Part shown: one piece after another, positions 8,484 to 18,558 of the stretch
Numbering within the stretch: position 1 is the first letter of the stretch
How the letters are laid out: each line of letters opens with the position of its first letter
Origin: a virus
Strand: one strand, 5' to 3'
Virus record (IMG/VR): IMGVR_UViG_3300017971_000207
Span: 81,434-145,433 of that record
Length of the DNA stretch: 64,000 nucleotides
Made by a program: the position numbers and the translations under genes
The notes under the pieces: model-generated
What the model was told of the DNA's origin: nothing
The model's database searches: none
What the model saw: the letters and a program-made list of their open reading frames with translations, nothing else

Positions 8484-10001
8484 ATGACCAGCAAGGCACA
8501 ATTGACCGAGGAGATGCGGCGCCTGATGGGTGTTGCGCCACGACCGCTGGGGCCTTGGTCAGATAGACCAGAGGAGACCTGGAAAGAGCCGATCACCACA
8601 AAGCTCGATGAGGCCAAGCTCAAGGTAGACTGGGACGAGGGGATAAAGATAGTCGACCAGGCTCTGAACAAGCTTCGGACGACCGGCCCCAAGTGGCTGA
8701 AGGGCCTTGTAGGGGACGACTGGAAGGCAGGGAAGGTCCAGAAGACCAAAGGCAAAGGAGCCCAGAAGAAGTACACCGGGCGCCTTCGGCTCTTTGTGGG
8801 CCCCTCTGTCAGCAACGCCAGCAAGACCGTTGTGGTGACCCTGACGCAGACAGAGGCGCCGGGAGAGCACGACTACTACACCGGCGTATACACCACAGGG
8901 CTAATCGAGATCGACGCCTCCTGTAAGCTACTGTTGGGCAAAAAGGGTGTAGGCGGCGCCAAGGTGGGCCTACCCGACCTAAGCGCCATTCAGGACCTTA
9001 CTGCCAGCGTGCTTACCACCTTTAAGCCTTACCTTGAAAAGCACTTTGGTAGCCCGAGTGGAGAGGATGCGAAGGACCTCGCTAAGGATACCCTAAACGA
9101 CGCGGCACAAGAGCTACTACCGTGGCTCAAGGGCCTTACAGGCGACAAGTGGTATGCTTCCTCAGTGGGCCCAGAGACGCTGCGACTCCACGTCGGTCTA
9201 AGCTACGCCGACGCGCCGATCTCGATGACCATAATCCTGAAGTACGACCCCATCAAGGGGACCTTCACCGCAACAGCTCGCGCCTTCTCCGGGGAGGGGC
9301 TGATGGATAAGGTCACCAAGGACAATCTCAAGTCGGATGGTCTGCAGGGGGTTGTCGCCATCGCGAAAAGCTTACAGCCGGTGATAAAGCTGGCGTCCGA
9401 GGCTGCTCAAGAGGTCGCGGCGACGAACACCGAGGAGATCATCTTGGACGCTGTCGCGAACTTGGTAGCCGATGGTCTGGTGTGGCTAAAGGATGTAACC
9501 GGCGAACCGGACGGCTGGAAGATCACAAAACCTACGGAGCACGACCCCTGGATGTACTTCAACCTGAACCCGCCGGGGAAGAGCTTCACCTTGACGGTCG
9601 GAGTGGTGGTTGACCCGTTGGACGAGGGCGAGGGCTTCCAGGTCATCACGGACGTTCTAGGCAAACAGGGACAGCCCTTTGCCCACCACGGTCCTGTGAT
9701 CGCTAGTGAGGACGACCTAAAGGACCTAGTCAAGGTGGCTTTGAAGCCTGTTGAGAAGAACATCAAGGAGGTCATCAAAGCGGAGGGGGCCAAGGTCCTT
9801 ACCTTGATCAAAGATATTCGCACAGACTACAAGAAGATGCGCAAGGGCCTTGTCATGGCACGTGCCGCCTTGGAGTTCGTCAGCGAGAAGCTAGAGGTGG
9901 AGGATTTCACGGGGGTCGAGGCAAAATGCCTGGAGTTCGAGGAGAAGCTCGGCGCGGCACTCGACAGCTCGAAGCAGCTTCGCTCAAAGCTCCCTTACTA
10001 A
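8484..10001 (+). CDS. Hypothetical (putative virion-internal) protein with three internal repeats
   Basis: LTEEMRRLMG leader; three W-L-K-x-x-x-G segments; coiled-coil end similar to next gene. Confidence 0.75.
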   Translation: MTSKAQLTEEMRRLMGVAPRPLGPWSDRPEETWKEPITTKLDEAKLKVDWDEGIKIVDQALNKLRTTGPKWLKGLVGDDWKAGKVQKTKGKGAQKKYTGRLRLFVGPSVSNASKTVVVTLTQTEAPGEHDYYTGVYTTGLIEIDASCKLLLGKKGVGGAKVGLPDLSAIQDLTASVLTTFKPYLEKHFGSPSGEDAKDLAKDTLNDAAQELLPWLKGLTGDKWYASSVGPETLRLHVGLSYADAPISMTIILKYDPIKGTFTATARAFSGEGLMDKVTKDNLKSDGLQGVVAIAKSLQPVIKLASEAAQEVAATNTEEIILDAVANLVADGLVWLKDVTGEPDGWKITKPTEHDPWMYFNLNPPGKSFTLTVGVVVDPLDEGEGFQVITDVLGKQGQPFAHHGPVIASEDDLKDLVKVALKPVEKNIKEVIKAEGAKVLTLIKDIRTDYKKMRKGLVMARAALEFVSEKLEVEDFTGVEAKCLEFEEKLGAALDSSKQLRSKLPY

Positions 10002-10044
10002 GATGAACGCCATGAGATGACGAACAGGGAATGAGGAGAACAAG

Positions 10045-10782
10045 GTGAGCAAACTGCAAGAGCAGCGGCGATTGATGGGGCTAGAGCCTCGACCTATGGG
10101 GCCATGGGCTCAGGACGCAGAGGGCGCGGGTCCTCCTGATGAGGAGATAGTAGAGGCGACCCAAGGACCCTGGGTAAAGATGAACCGCGCCCTCAAGAAG
10201 GCAGAAAAAGACGGGGTCTCCTGGATCAAAACGAACGTAGCCGACCGAGACTGGAAGACCTCCCTAACCACGGCCGACAAGAATTACCCCTACGGGCGGC
10301 TGGAGATCTACCTTCTTAGCCCCGAGGGAGTTTTCGAGAAGAACCTCTGGGACCTGACCATCTACCTAACGTGGACCGCATCCTTAAGCTCAGACACAGA
10401 CCCCAAGTTCAAAGCGCGCATCCGTTTGGAGGACAAGCAAGGCCAGGTTCACGTGGAGGAGACCAAGGAAGAGGTCAGCGCTGCGGACATCAAGGACCTC
10501 AAGAACCTGCTACTGCTGCCCAACAAGAAAGCTTTGGCCGATGCTTTTGCCCCCGGAGCCCAACAGAAGAAGTCGTTGAAGGACCTCCGGCGAGCATACA
10601 AGGATGCTCGCCAGAACCTCGTCTCTATGAGGGACAAGATCGAGGTTCTCAGCCAGCACCTAGAGAAAAGCGCGCTCGCGGATGTAAAGGATTCGGCTCA
10701 AGAGCTGTACAGCATGGAACTCAAGCTATCCTCAGCAATAAAGAAGCTGCGGAACTCTGCGGCCACCGCCGCAGAGTTCTAA
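10045..10782 (+). CDS. Paralog of preceding gene with one repeat
   Basis: LQEQRRLMGLEPRPMGPW leader; similar C-terminal coiled coil. Confidence 0.75.
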   Translation: MSKLQEQRRLMGLEPRPMGPWAQDAEGAGPPDEEIVEATQGPWVKMNRALKKAEKDGVSWIKTNVADRDWKTSLTTADKNYPYGRLEIYLLSPEGVFEKNLWDLTIYLTWTASLSSDTDPKFKARIRLEDKQGQVHVEETKEEVSAADIKDLKNLLLLPNKKALADAFAPGAQQKKSLKDLRRAYKDARQNLVSMRDKIEVLSQHLEKSALADVKDSAQELYSMELKLSSAIKKLRNSAATAAEF

Positions 10783-10784
10783 CC

Positions 10785-13700
10785 CTATCTTATCGGACAG
10801 CTTCCGCTAGCGCACGCCTCCTCAATCTCCATCTCACCGCCGTTGACCAGCGGGTGGTCGTGGTCGATGTTGGAGGCTAGACGCTCAAAGGTCTCGCGGT
10901 CTATCGCCTCGTAGGGAGGCTGGGCGTAGCCATGAGCCTTGGGCAAGCAGGTGGTGCTCTTAAGCCGCGGCACAAACTCCCCGAGAAGAGCGGCAAGCTC
11001 CTCCTGCTCCGTATCGGCGTCAAAGGTGATAGTGGCACTGACGGCATTATCTGCCCAGTGCTCCTGTACGGCCGCCTGCCGTTCAAACTGCTGGCGCAGC
11101 GTCTGCGTCTGCGCAGTCACGCGCCCCGCGGGCGTCGACTCTGCGAAGCTGAACACGATCGTGTTCCCTGTCTGGTCGTACACATCAAGCTCGTGCGGAA
11201 CGCCAGCCTCCATAAGGGCGCCGGCTAGGTTGTCCGCAATGTCCAAGCGAACACGGCGGATGTAGTGGCGCGCGAAGGGGGCGTGGATGCCTGGCGAGCT
11301 GCGGCTTAGCAACGATATGGTGCCGCTAGGCTTAACGGTGGTAACGGTCTTGGGGATAGCTGTGCCTAGCTCAATGGCGTAGCGCGTAGCCTCCCTGCGA
11401 CATGCTCCGTACCACGCATCGAGCTGTGCTGGCGTCCAGTCGAAGTCGCAGATACCCCCCAGCCCTACTCCTAGCCTCATGTTCTGCTGCTGCACCGCGT
11501 TCGAGATGGGGTCCGTCAGCTTAGACAGTCGATTGCGAAAGCAGTAGCGCGTGACAAGGCGAAACACCTCGTCAGCGTCAGTCGTATCGTGGAACCGTGA
11601 GGGGAACACCTCGGACAGGTTGCACGCCTCACGGTTGTACAGCGGCAGCTCGCCACAGTTGCCCGTCGCTACGCCGTCTGCAATGAAGGTCTCGTGCGTC
11701 GGCTGCTTGAGGCAGAACACCGGCTCGTGTCCGATAGGCTCGATGCTCACGATCTCCGTGGTGAACCGCTCCGCATAGGGTCCCCTCTTCCACGAGCTGC
11801 GCCAGCTTAGATAGCGATCCTCCATATCCTCTCGGAGGAATCCGAGCTGCTCATAGAAACGGACCGCGTTGGCCTTTGAGACAACAAGGTCGTACTGCGT
11901 CTTGCACCAGTAGTCAGCAAGGTCCCCCTTACCATCAGGCAGACGGCGATAGCCTGCGTCTCGCCGCTTGTAGACGGACGACACGATGCCGAAGTTTAGG
12001 AGCAGCGTTTGAACATCACGGAGAAGAGCTGGGTTGCTCTGCGACAGACGGACGGAGAAGGTCTGCTTTTCGGCTGTCCAGTTTATCTGACCGTCTGTTG
12101 CGAAGAGGCCGCGGAGGTAGCCGCGGACGCACTTTTTGGTCCCGCGCCACACCACCTCTGGCACAGAGCCCTTCTCACGATAGCCTACCTCAGCCAGGGC
12201 ACGGCTTAGCAGCGAGCTGCAGATGTCCTCGTAGCGATCATACACTTGACAACCGAAGCGCTTCAGGTGCCCGTTACGCGGCGCTACGGAGGCCGCTACC
12301 TCGTGGCACCACGCTAGATATTGCCCGGACATCTTGCGCTTGGCGTCCCAGAAGAATAGATGAGCGCGCTTGCCGTCCTCGCTCCAACAGCCGTCACCTT
12401 CGAGCCACCCAATAACATGCCCGAGAGCCTCGCTGCCGTCCGCCCCCCACAAACCCTCGCCGGATTGAAGTAGCAAGGTATCTCCAGGAGACAGGTCCTT
12501 AAGCTCCACAAAACCGTCGGGGGTCGGGAAGCGGTGATACGCCGTAGCCTTGATCTCGTTACCGTGCCGGGTCCGCATCCGGTAGACCTTCTCGGAGGCG
12601 CTTGTCTGGAAAGCCGCCTCCGCCTCGCGATGCACCGCTCCAGGCGAGACGTTCGTACGGTCCGTGCCGACACGAGCGTCGGTGGTGACCTGGAAAGCTT
12701 TGGCGTCCTTGAGATCTCGGATGGGTATTAAGCCCCATTGCGTGACGACACGGGTGTCGCCGGTGAGGCAGGGGTTGATCCCAACGATACCGGGGTCCGT
12801 CTCACGACATAGAGGGAGGTTGAACACACCAGGCTCGCCACCAGGCTCCGCAACGATGTCCGAAACGAGCTGGCGCCAGTCAAACCCCTCCAGCTCCTCC
12901 CTGCTTTGGAAGGCCAACGAGTTGTTGCTGGTGTGCCGATGCAAGGTTACCAGGCTCAGGTCCTTCTTCGCATTCCGGAAGGCTTGGTCGGTCGGGCTCC
13001 CCAAGGTCATCAAGGCGGAGTTGTGGACGAGCAAGCCGTTGCAGACAAACTCCTCAGCACCAGCTACCTCGATATCGTAGGTGTCCGCGGTCTCGTCCGT
13101 CTCGGTCACGTCCTGCACACAGATGGGCACGAGACCCTGAGCTTCTCCGCCCAGCTCTTCGTAAAGCGGGAAGACCATCTGTTTGCTGGTTGAATCCCAC
13201 CGACCTTTCCAGAAGGTGGTGCTGTGTTCTGCGCGCACCATCTCGGAGGGGTAGCCGTAGTCACACTGAGACACCGCGCTTACACGGACGCGCTTGGTCG
13301 CGTGGGGCTGCACTAGCTCCAGAAAGCGGGCCGTCGCGGTCCGTCCCACCAGATTGAGGTGGTACATAGGCTGCCAAGACCCTCTAGCAGAGCGATTAAG
13401 CTTCAACCTCGTCGGTATTCCCAGGCTCGCGTAGACCGCCTGCACCTGCTCCAGGAAGGAGGGGTACACCGAGGCGCAGAGAACCACGGGGCGATTGCGT
13501 GCTGCACCGTCCGCATCTAGGAGGCCCGCCAGGTAGGAGGCTCGAACATGGGGGAGCCCCTCCAAGATGAACGACGGCACGTTAAGAGGCTGACGGGGTT
13601 TCTTCAGATTATCGTCCAGGTACCAGGCTAGCTGCTTGGACTGTGCTCGTATCCTTAGACAGTCGTCGAGGGCTCGTGGGGGGCGCTCGTTGAGCCGGAC

Positions 13701-15968
13701 CCCGTAGCGCGTCAATTGCTCACGGCATCTGTTTGCTATTGCGTTGTGATAGCCGTCGTTAGCAACTACCACAGAAACATAGGCGTTGAACCCGTCGTCG
13801 CGTCGGTTGGCCCTGGTGTAGCCGTCTCCCTGAAAGTAGCCAAGAAACCAAGCGCTCTGCTCATCTAACCGCGGAACGGTTATATCGACGCACGTCGTAG
13901 AGTGTTTCGGCTTGTCGTAGGACCACGAGGGCAGCTCAGTAGGACGCCCTGGTAGAATGGCGTCGACAAACACCATACGGTCCCCTGGCTCCAGCTCTTT
14001 AGCCTCTTTGAACTCGTAGCGGCCGGGGGCTGTGAGGACGGCCACTCGATGGTTTCCGGTACAACGAAAGACGCCCATTTGCGTGGTCAGCTCGTAAAGA
14101 GCCTGAACGCCCTGGTGTACGTGCTCCGAGACCTTAGCAAACTTCGAGCCCCCTGTGAGAACCTCATCGCCTACCGCAACGGCCTCGATAGGCTTCAGCC
14201 CGTTCTTGGTGTGAACCAAGGAGCCTTCGGGGAGACAGCGACGCACGTTGCCTGCCTTCACGCATAGCCCGATGTAGTTGGTGACATCCAGGCAGTCGAT
14301 CGAACTAAGCCTCCGACCCCGAGCTCGACGGACAACCTCCCAGCAGGACCTCAGCATATGAGTTAGCGGGCCAGGGCCGCCGGCCACTCCGCCAAAGGTC
14401 CGGATGGGTGTACCTCGCGGGCGCACGCGGGACACGTCAATGACCACATCAACCCCCTGGAAGGCTGAGAGCAGCACCTCACCTAACGCCTTCATCCAGC
14501 CCTCACGTGAGTCCTCTACATCGTAACGGTGTGTGCTCCCGTTGAGCATCTCTCCGCTGTACTTCGACACCTCGGTGTAGTTGGGGTGGTCCAGCCGACA
14601 CTCGATGAACAGACGCGGGTTGCCTGGGGCAACAGGAGGGAGTGCCCCAATGTTATCGAGCCCTACACCAACGCCTCCGCCAAGCATGAGCTGCTCAGAC
14701 GTCCACACCCAGTCGTCCACGCCGGACAGCTGCACAAACCAGCAGTTGCCCGTTACTACGCCCCCCTCCAAGGTAAAGCTACCTGTCTCGGGCTCGGTAA
14801 CGCAGAAGACCTCCTCTTCTTGTCCCTCATCCACGATCTCTCGCACGGTGTAGCGGGTAGGCTCGGGAACGACTGTAAGAATCTCCAGGCGTCCTGAGCG
14901 TATACCGTAGTTTGTCTCAGTGCTTGGATCCGTTGACCTACCAGTAACGCAGTATCCTAACAGTGGCGCACGCTCAGCCACCCAGTCCAACGCAGCGCTG
15001 TTCTGGGAGGACAGGCGATTGCTGGGCTTCCCCGGTCTAAGAGAGCCATCAGCTGCTAAGAGTCCGGCGAGAAAACCGGCCTGGTAAACAGTATCCAACC
15101 TGGTTGGGGGCAGGCTCTTGAGATCCTCCACAGACTTAAAGAACAGCACAGGCTCTCCATCCTGAGAAGGCGGCGTGCACGTGTACGAGAAGAAGCTAGC
15201 CCTCTCCAACCGCTCTCTGTGAGCAACCTTCTTACCGCACAACCGTAGCCTAAACGTGCTGAGCTTGAGCGTCTCACGGCTCCCATCTCCAAAGATGAGC
15301 CCATGAGCAAACCCATCGTTGAACGTCTTGGGGTCGCATCCTTCAAGCTCTTTTGCGCAAGCGGGTGTTACTAGGATCTGGTCACCCACCCGGAGGTCTG
15401 TGACCTCCCCGCGGTTCGAGGTGAACCAACGGTGCTCGGCTGTAGCTGTGAACTCAAAAGCGAAGCTGGACCTTAGCCCTGTAGGCTTCATGCGATAGCG
15501 GAGGAGCCGTTGCCTACCAAAGGACCTAACCTTTGCTGGACGCCATTGCCCATCCTTGGTCAACACCTCTACGGTTTCTCCTACCGCCTCCTCCAAGGTT
15601 GCAAGAACACCGTTGGCCCAGAAGCGAGTACCTCCCGAAAAGCAGTTGAACCGAGCGTTAGCAGGGATGCCTGGCACACCACCGGTCCATAGCCCGCGAC
15701 CGGGGGGCAACGCCTGGCAGGTCCAGAAGAGCTCAAACAGCCGCTCAGCCTCGGCGCGGCAGGGGCTTGGAGCCAAGGACACATTACCCTCCACCACGCG
15801 GCGGATAGTGTCGGTCCACGACTCCTCGTTGCGGCAGTACTTCGTTAGGTAGGTGCTACGGGAGAGTATGCTCTCGAACGGGTCGCGGGCCCTCCTGTAT
15901 GGCTCCAGGAAACGCTCCTGAAGCCGAAATTCCTGCGTCTCACGGGCCTTGACGACGATCTGCTGCAT
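10785..15968 (-). CDS. nrdJ: Class II (B12-dependent, monomeric-type) ribonucleotide reductase with three inteins
   Basis: PPGRGLW, FN|C, GNVRR|SA, NP|CGE, TTVKPSGT, C-terminal CASGSCPIR; about 650 aa after splicing. Confidence 0.95.
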   Translation of the reverse strand: MQQIVVKARETQEFRLQERFLEPYRRARDPFESILSRSTYLTKYCRNEESWTDTIRRVVEGNVSLAPSPCRAEAERLFELFWTCQALPPGRGLWTGGVPGIPANARFNCFSGGTRFWANGVLATLEEAVGETVEVLTKDGQWRPAKVRSFGRQRLLRYRMKPTGLRSSFAFEFTATAEHRWFTSNRGEVTDLRVGDQILVTPACAKELEGCDPKTFNDGFAHGLIFGDGSRETLKLSTFRLRLCGKKVAHRERLERASFFSYTCTPPSQDGEPVLFFKSVEDLKSLPPTRLDTVYQAGFLAGLLAADGSLRPGKPSNRLSSQNSAALDWVAERAPLLGYCVTGRSTDPSTETNYGIRSGRLEILTVVPEPTRYTVREIVDEGQEEEVFCVTEPETGSFTLEGGVVTGNCWFVQLSGVDDWVWTSEQLMLGGGVGVGLDNIGALPPVAPGNPRLFIECRLDHPNYTEVSKYSGEMLNGSTHRYDVEDSREGWMKALGEVLLSAFQGVDVVIDVSRVRPRGTPIRTFGGVAGGPGPLTHMLRSCWEVVRRARGRRLSSIDCLDVTNYIGLCVKAGNVRRCLPEGSLVHTKNGLKPIEAVAVGDEVLTGGSKFAKVSEHVHQGVQALYELTTQMGVFRCTGNHRVAVLTAPGRYEFKEAKELEPGDRMVFVDAILPGRPTELPSWSYDKPKHSTTCVDITVPRLDEQSAWFLGYFQGDGYTRANRRDDGFNAYVSVVVANDGYHNAIANRCREQLTRYGVRLNERPPRALDDCLRIRAQSKQLAWYLDDNLKKPRQPLNVPSFILEGLPHVRASYLAGLLDADGAARNRPVVLCASVYPSFLEQVQAVYASLGIPTRLKLNRSARGSWQPMYHLNLVGRTATARFLELVQPHATKRVRVSAVSQCDYGYPSEMVRAEHSTTFWKGRWDSTSKQMVFPLYEELGGEAQGLVPICVQDVTETDETADTYDIEVAGAEEFVCNGLLVHNSALMTLGSPTDQAFRNAKKDLSLVTLHRHTSNNSLAFQSREELEGFDWRQLVSDIVAEPGGEPGVFNLPLCRETDPGIVGINPCLTGDTRVVTQWGLIPIRDLKDAKAFQVTTDARVGTDRTNVSPGAVHREAEAAFQTSASEKVYRMRTRHGNEIKATAYHRFPTPDGFVELKDLSPGDTLLLQSGEGLWGADGSEALGHVIGWLEGDGCWSEDGKRAHLFFWDAKRKMSGQYLAWCHEVAASVAPRNGHLKRFGCQVYDRYEDICSSLLSRALAEVGYREKGSVPEVVWRGTKKCVRGYLRGLFATDGQINWTAEKQTFSVRLSQSNPALLRDVQTLLLNFGIVSSVYKRRDAGYRRLPDGKGDLADYWCKTQYDLVVSKANAVRFYEQLGFLREDMEDRYLSWRSSWKRGPYAERFTTEIVSIEPIGHEPVFCLKQPTHETFIADGVATGNCGELPLYNREACNLSEVFPSRFHDTTDADEVFRLVTRYCFRNRLSKLTDPISNAVQQQNMRLGVGLGGICDFDWTPAQLDAWYGACRREATRYAIELGTAIPKTVTTVKPSGTISLLSRSSPGIHAPFARHYIRRVRLDIADNLAGALMEAGVPHELDVYDQTGNTIVFSFAESTPAGRVTAQTQTLRQQFERQAAVQEHWADNAVSATITFDADTEQEELAALLGEFVPRLKSTTCLPKAHGYAQPPYEAIDRETFERLASNIDHDHPLVNGGEMEIEEACASGSCPIR
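11658..12770 (-). mobile_element. NrdJ intein 3 (371 aa) at the thiyl-radical Cys
   Basis: CLTGDT, TAYHRF, IGWLEGDG, LRGLFATDG, GN|C. Confidence 0.92.
13020..14237 (-). mobile_element. NrdJ intein 2 (406 aa)
   Basis: CLPEGS, TGNHR, LGYFQGDG, LAGLLDADG, HN|S. Confidence 0.92.
14745..15644 (-). mobile_element. NrdJ intein 1 (300 aa)
   Basis: CFSGGT, TAEHRW, GLIFGDG, LAGLLAADG, GN|C. Confidence 0.92.
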
Positions 15969-16032
15969 AGCTTCTCCACGCGCACGCTTGCCCGCCAAGA
16001 GGCCCGCGCCTCCTGCGGGTCTTTTTGGTTAA

Positions 16033-16602
16033 TCACGAGGTGAGGAGGTCTCGGACCTCCGCCTCTAAGCTCTCCACGACTCCCAGCTTGGGAGGATCGT
16101 CCGAGAGCTTAAACCGGACCTGCAGCAGGTCATCCTGGCTGTCTCCTCCCCATAAAGTGGTCGAGTCCACCGTCCCCACGATGGGCTCATCAAGCGTTAT
16201 CTCATAAGGCGTGGGGCTGTAGGATAGCGTGATGTGCGGCTGATAGTCCGGGAACTTCTTCGAGAACGGGACACCCCCGGCATCGAAGGCGCGCGCCAAC
16301 TGCGCGCGCAGCTTCATAAGCGCAGGGCTGAGCACCTTAGCGATTATTGGGTGTCCGGGCTTGTCGTCCGGGTTCTCAGGGAAGTAGGACACCTCCCTGA
16401 CCACTACCTCGAACGGCGGTGTGCGGTCCATGATGGGGGCCGCAATCTCTATCGCGCCACCCAACGTGTGCAAAGGCACTCCCTTGCCGAGGTAGAGCAT
16501 CGTGATGTGGTGGCTGTTTGCCCCCACATGCTCCCCAGGACAGCCGATACTTCTAAGGCGCTCACTGAGCGCGGGTGACATGGCTACCCCTAAAAACGAC
16601 AT
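16033..16602 (-). CDS. 2H phosphoesterase (2'-5' RNA ligase/Acb1-like)
   Basis: Two HxT motifs: HITMLYLG and DYQPHITLSY. Confidence 0.85.
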   Translation of the reverse strand: MSFLGVAMSPALSERLRSIGCPGEHVGANSHHITMLYLGKGVPLHTLGGAIEIAAPIMDRTPPFEVVVREVSYFPENPDDKPGHPIIAKVLSPALMKLRAQLARAFDAGGVPFSKKFPDYQPHITLSYSPTPYEITLDEPIVGTVDSTTLWGGDSQDDLLQVRFKLSDDPPKLGVVESLEAEVRDLLTS

Positions 16603-16774
16603 CCCTTGGTTCTACCACGATTCGAGGCTAGTTAGCATCTTTACGACACAGCCCTTAGACGGCCTCTAATCATCTCCAGCAGATAGCCCCTGATGGCGTT
16701 TCTGAAGCGAGCTGATGTCGTCCGAAAGCCCCGTATAATCCTGCATCAGCGAGCACGGGGCCACACCCGCCTCT

Positions 16775-17437
16775 CTAGTCTACCTTGAAAGGGCGGAAGC
16801 TCCGCCGGTGTATCTCGCACGGCCCCAGCCGCTCAATCGCGTCCATGTGGGCCTTAACGCCGTAACCCTTGTGGGCTGCGAAGCCGTAACCCTTGTAGGT
16901 ATCAGACAGCTCAACCATGAGCCGGTCTCGAACCACCTTCGCGAACACGCTAGCCAAGGAGACCGCAGGCACCAGCCTGTCGGCGCGCGGAAGACAGACA
17001 ACCTCAGCTACGTCCGGCTTGCCTATAGCGGGAAGCCTCATCCCATCGACCACAACAAAAGGGGGATAGGCCAGCCGGTAAAATGTGGCGCGGATAGCCT
17101 CGGCTTGGGCGTCCGCCTGCGCTGCATCAATGTCTCCCTTGTCAATCTCGGCCGCGCTCACCTCCCCGATACCCACGACCACGTGGTCGTCATCCTTTAA
17201 GCTCTCAAAGAGCTGCTCTCGCCGCGCGGGGCTGAGCCGCTTGGAGTCGGTTAAAAGCTTGGGGGGCTTCCAGTCAATCGAGACCGCTGCTGCAGCCGCT
17301 ACAATCGGCCCTGCTAAAGCTCCACGCCCCACCTCATCCACTCCCACGATGGTTCCCGGACGGAGGAGCTTTAGCAGCGCAGCTAACATCGCGAGGTTTT
17401 GCTGGTCAACCTCTTCTTTGCTCAGCGTATCAGTCAT
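16775..17437 (-). CDS. rnhB: Ribonuclease HII
   Basis: GVDEVGRGALAGP, DSKRL, VDG, SVFAKVVRD, HKGYG, HRRSF. Confidence 0.95.
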   Translation of the reverse strand: MTDTLSKEEVDQQNLAMLAALLKLLRPGTIVGVDEVGRGALAGPIVAAAAAVSIDWKPPKLLTDSKRLSPARREQLFESLKDDDHVVVGIGEVSAAEIDKGDIDAAQADAQAEAIRATFYRLAYPPFVVVDGMRLPAIGKPDVAEVVCLPRADRLVPAVSLASVFAKVVRDRLMVELSDTYKGYGFAAHKGYGVKAHMDAIERLGPCEIHRRSFRPFKVD

Positions 17438-18284
17438 GCTTGCCCCCCAATAGGGGCGCTGCAGCAATGCCCGAGACTAGACCTCTGCCTGCCACGCCAA
17501 TCGCCGACGGCACCCACCCACACCCCTTGACGAAAGCCTCCGCTGCCTCCCGCGTTTGACCTTGCTCCGAGTAGCACTTAGGAGAGCCGTCGCCATAGAC
17601 CCCATGGGTAGACCAATCCTTGTCGGATCCCTTGGGTTCGCAGAGCCAGTCTATGAGCGCCTCCGCAGTTGCAAAGACCGGGCTGCAGGGGCTCCCCTCC
17701 GAGACCGTCTCCCAGACCTGCCATCCTGGACCCGCTGGGGGTGGTGTGGGCTCCCACGCATCGTAATCGTCCTGAGCGTCGGGGTGCATCGCCGAGCCCT
17801 TACAGACCGGACAGACGCCCCAGGAGTCCGGGTCTTGCCCCGCCAGCTCCAAGAGCCTCTGAGCAAGCCGCCATCGCGCTGAGCCGCCAAAACCAAAGGG
17901 ACCATCCAGCTCTGTCTCGGACAGCTTCTCCACTAAGGTGAGAAACTCCGGGGAGGGAGGCAAGACCTTGGGGCGGCGCACCCACCCAAGGCGCCCGTCC
18001 GGCGCACGGGTGATCTCCCCTTTAGCTGTAGGGGCCAACGCAAACTCTTGCAGATAGGGGTGGGGGTAGCTCTGAGTGCGGCGGTCCATGACCGCCGCTT
18101 GCTCTCCCACCAGTGTGATGAATTGGCAGATAGATTCGAGCCATGCCCCCGCCGTGGTACGACCATTAACACACTCGTCTGGGGCCTTTGGGCACGGGCG
18201 TCCATGCGGGTTGAGGTAGCCCTCCCACACCTCCCCCCATTTGCCGTCAAAGTCTAACACCACTCGCTTGATCTCTCGTCCCAT
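17430..18284 (-). CDS. Conserved phage-type hypothetical protein
   Basis: MGREIKRV start, CPVCKG, GWQVWETVSEGSPCSPVF. Confidence 0.7.
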   Translation of the reverse strand: MGREIKRVVLDFDGKWGEVWEGYLNPHGRPCPKAPDECVNGRTTAGAWLESICQFITLVGEQAAVMDRRTQSYPHPYLQEFALAPTAKGEITRAPDGRLGWVRRPKVLPPSPEFLTLVEKLSETELDGPFGFGGSARWRLAQRLLELAGQDPDSWGVCPVCKGSAMHPDAQDDYDAWEPTPPPAGPGWQVWETVSEGSPCSPVFATAEALIDWLCEPKGSDKDWSTHGVYGDGSPKCYSEQGQTREAAEAFVKGCGWVPSAIGVAGRGLVSGIAAAPLLGGKHD

Positions 18285-18306
18285 CTTAATCCTCCGTCCA
18301 CACAGC

Positions 18307-18558
18307 TCAGTCCCGCTCCACAAAGACCCCCGGTCGAACCTCCTGGTAGCGTCTCTGCCGAGGCTTGAGAAAGCTCTGCATGATGCTTGCCCAGACCTTA
18401 CTGTCCTTGAAATCCGTTCCCTTGGGATATCGCCCGAGATGGGTAAGGAACGGCTCGTGATCTCCTATCCCCAGCCTGTTCAGGATTCGAAGGCAACGCA
18501 TGCGATGAAAGCCGGTAACCTCCTTCATCCGGACAGAGATATCATACAGCTCCGCCAT
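18307..18558 (-). CDS. Hypothetical protein
   Basis: RBS GGAGAGG; operon packing. Confidence 0.55.
   Translation of the reverse strand: MAELYDISVRMKEVTGFHRMRCLRILNRLGIGDHEPFLTHLGRYPKGTDFKDSKVWASIMQSFLKPRQRRYQEVRPGVFVERD

Noticed and set aside
10901-15852. Numerous ORFs antisense or in other frames within nrdJ and other long genes
   Set aside because: Shadow ORFs expected in GC-rich DNA; no motifs or RBS.
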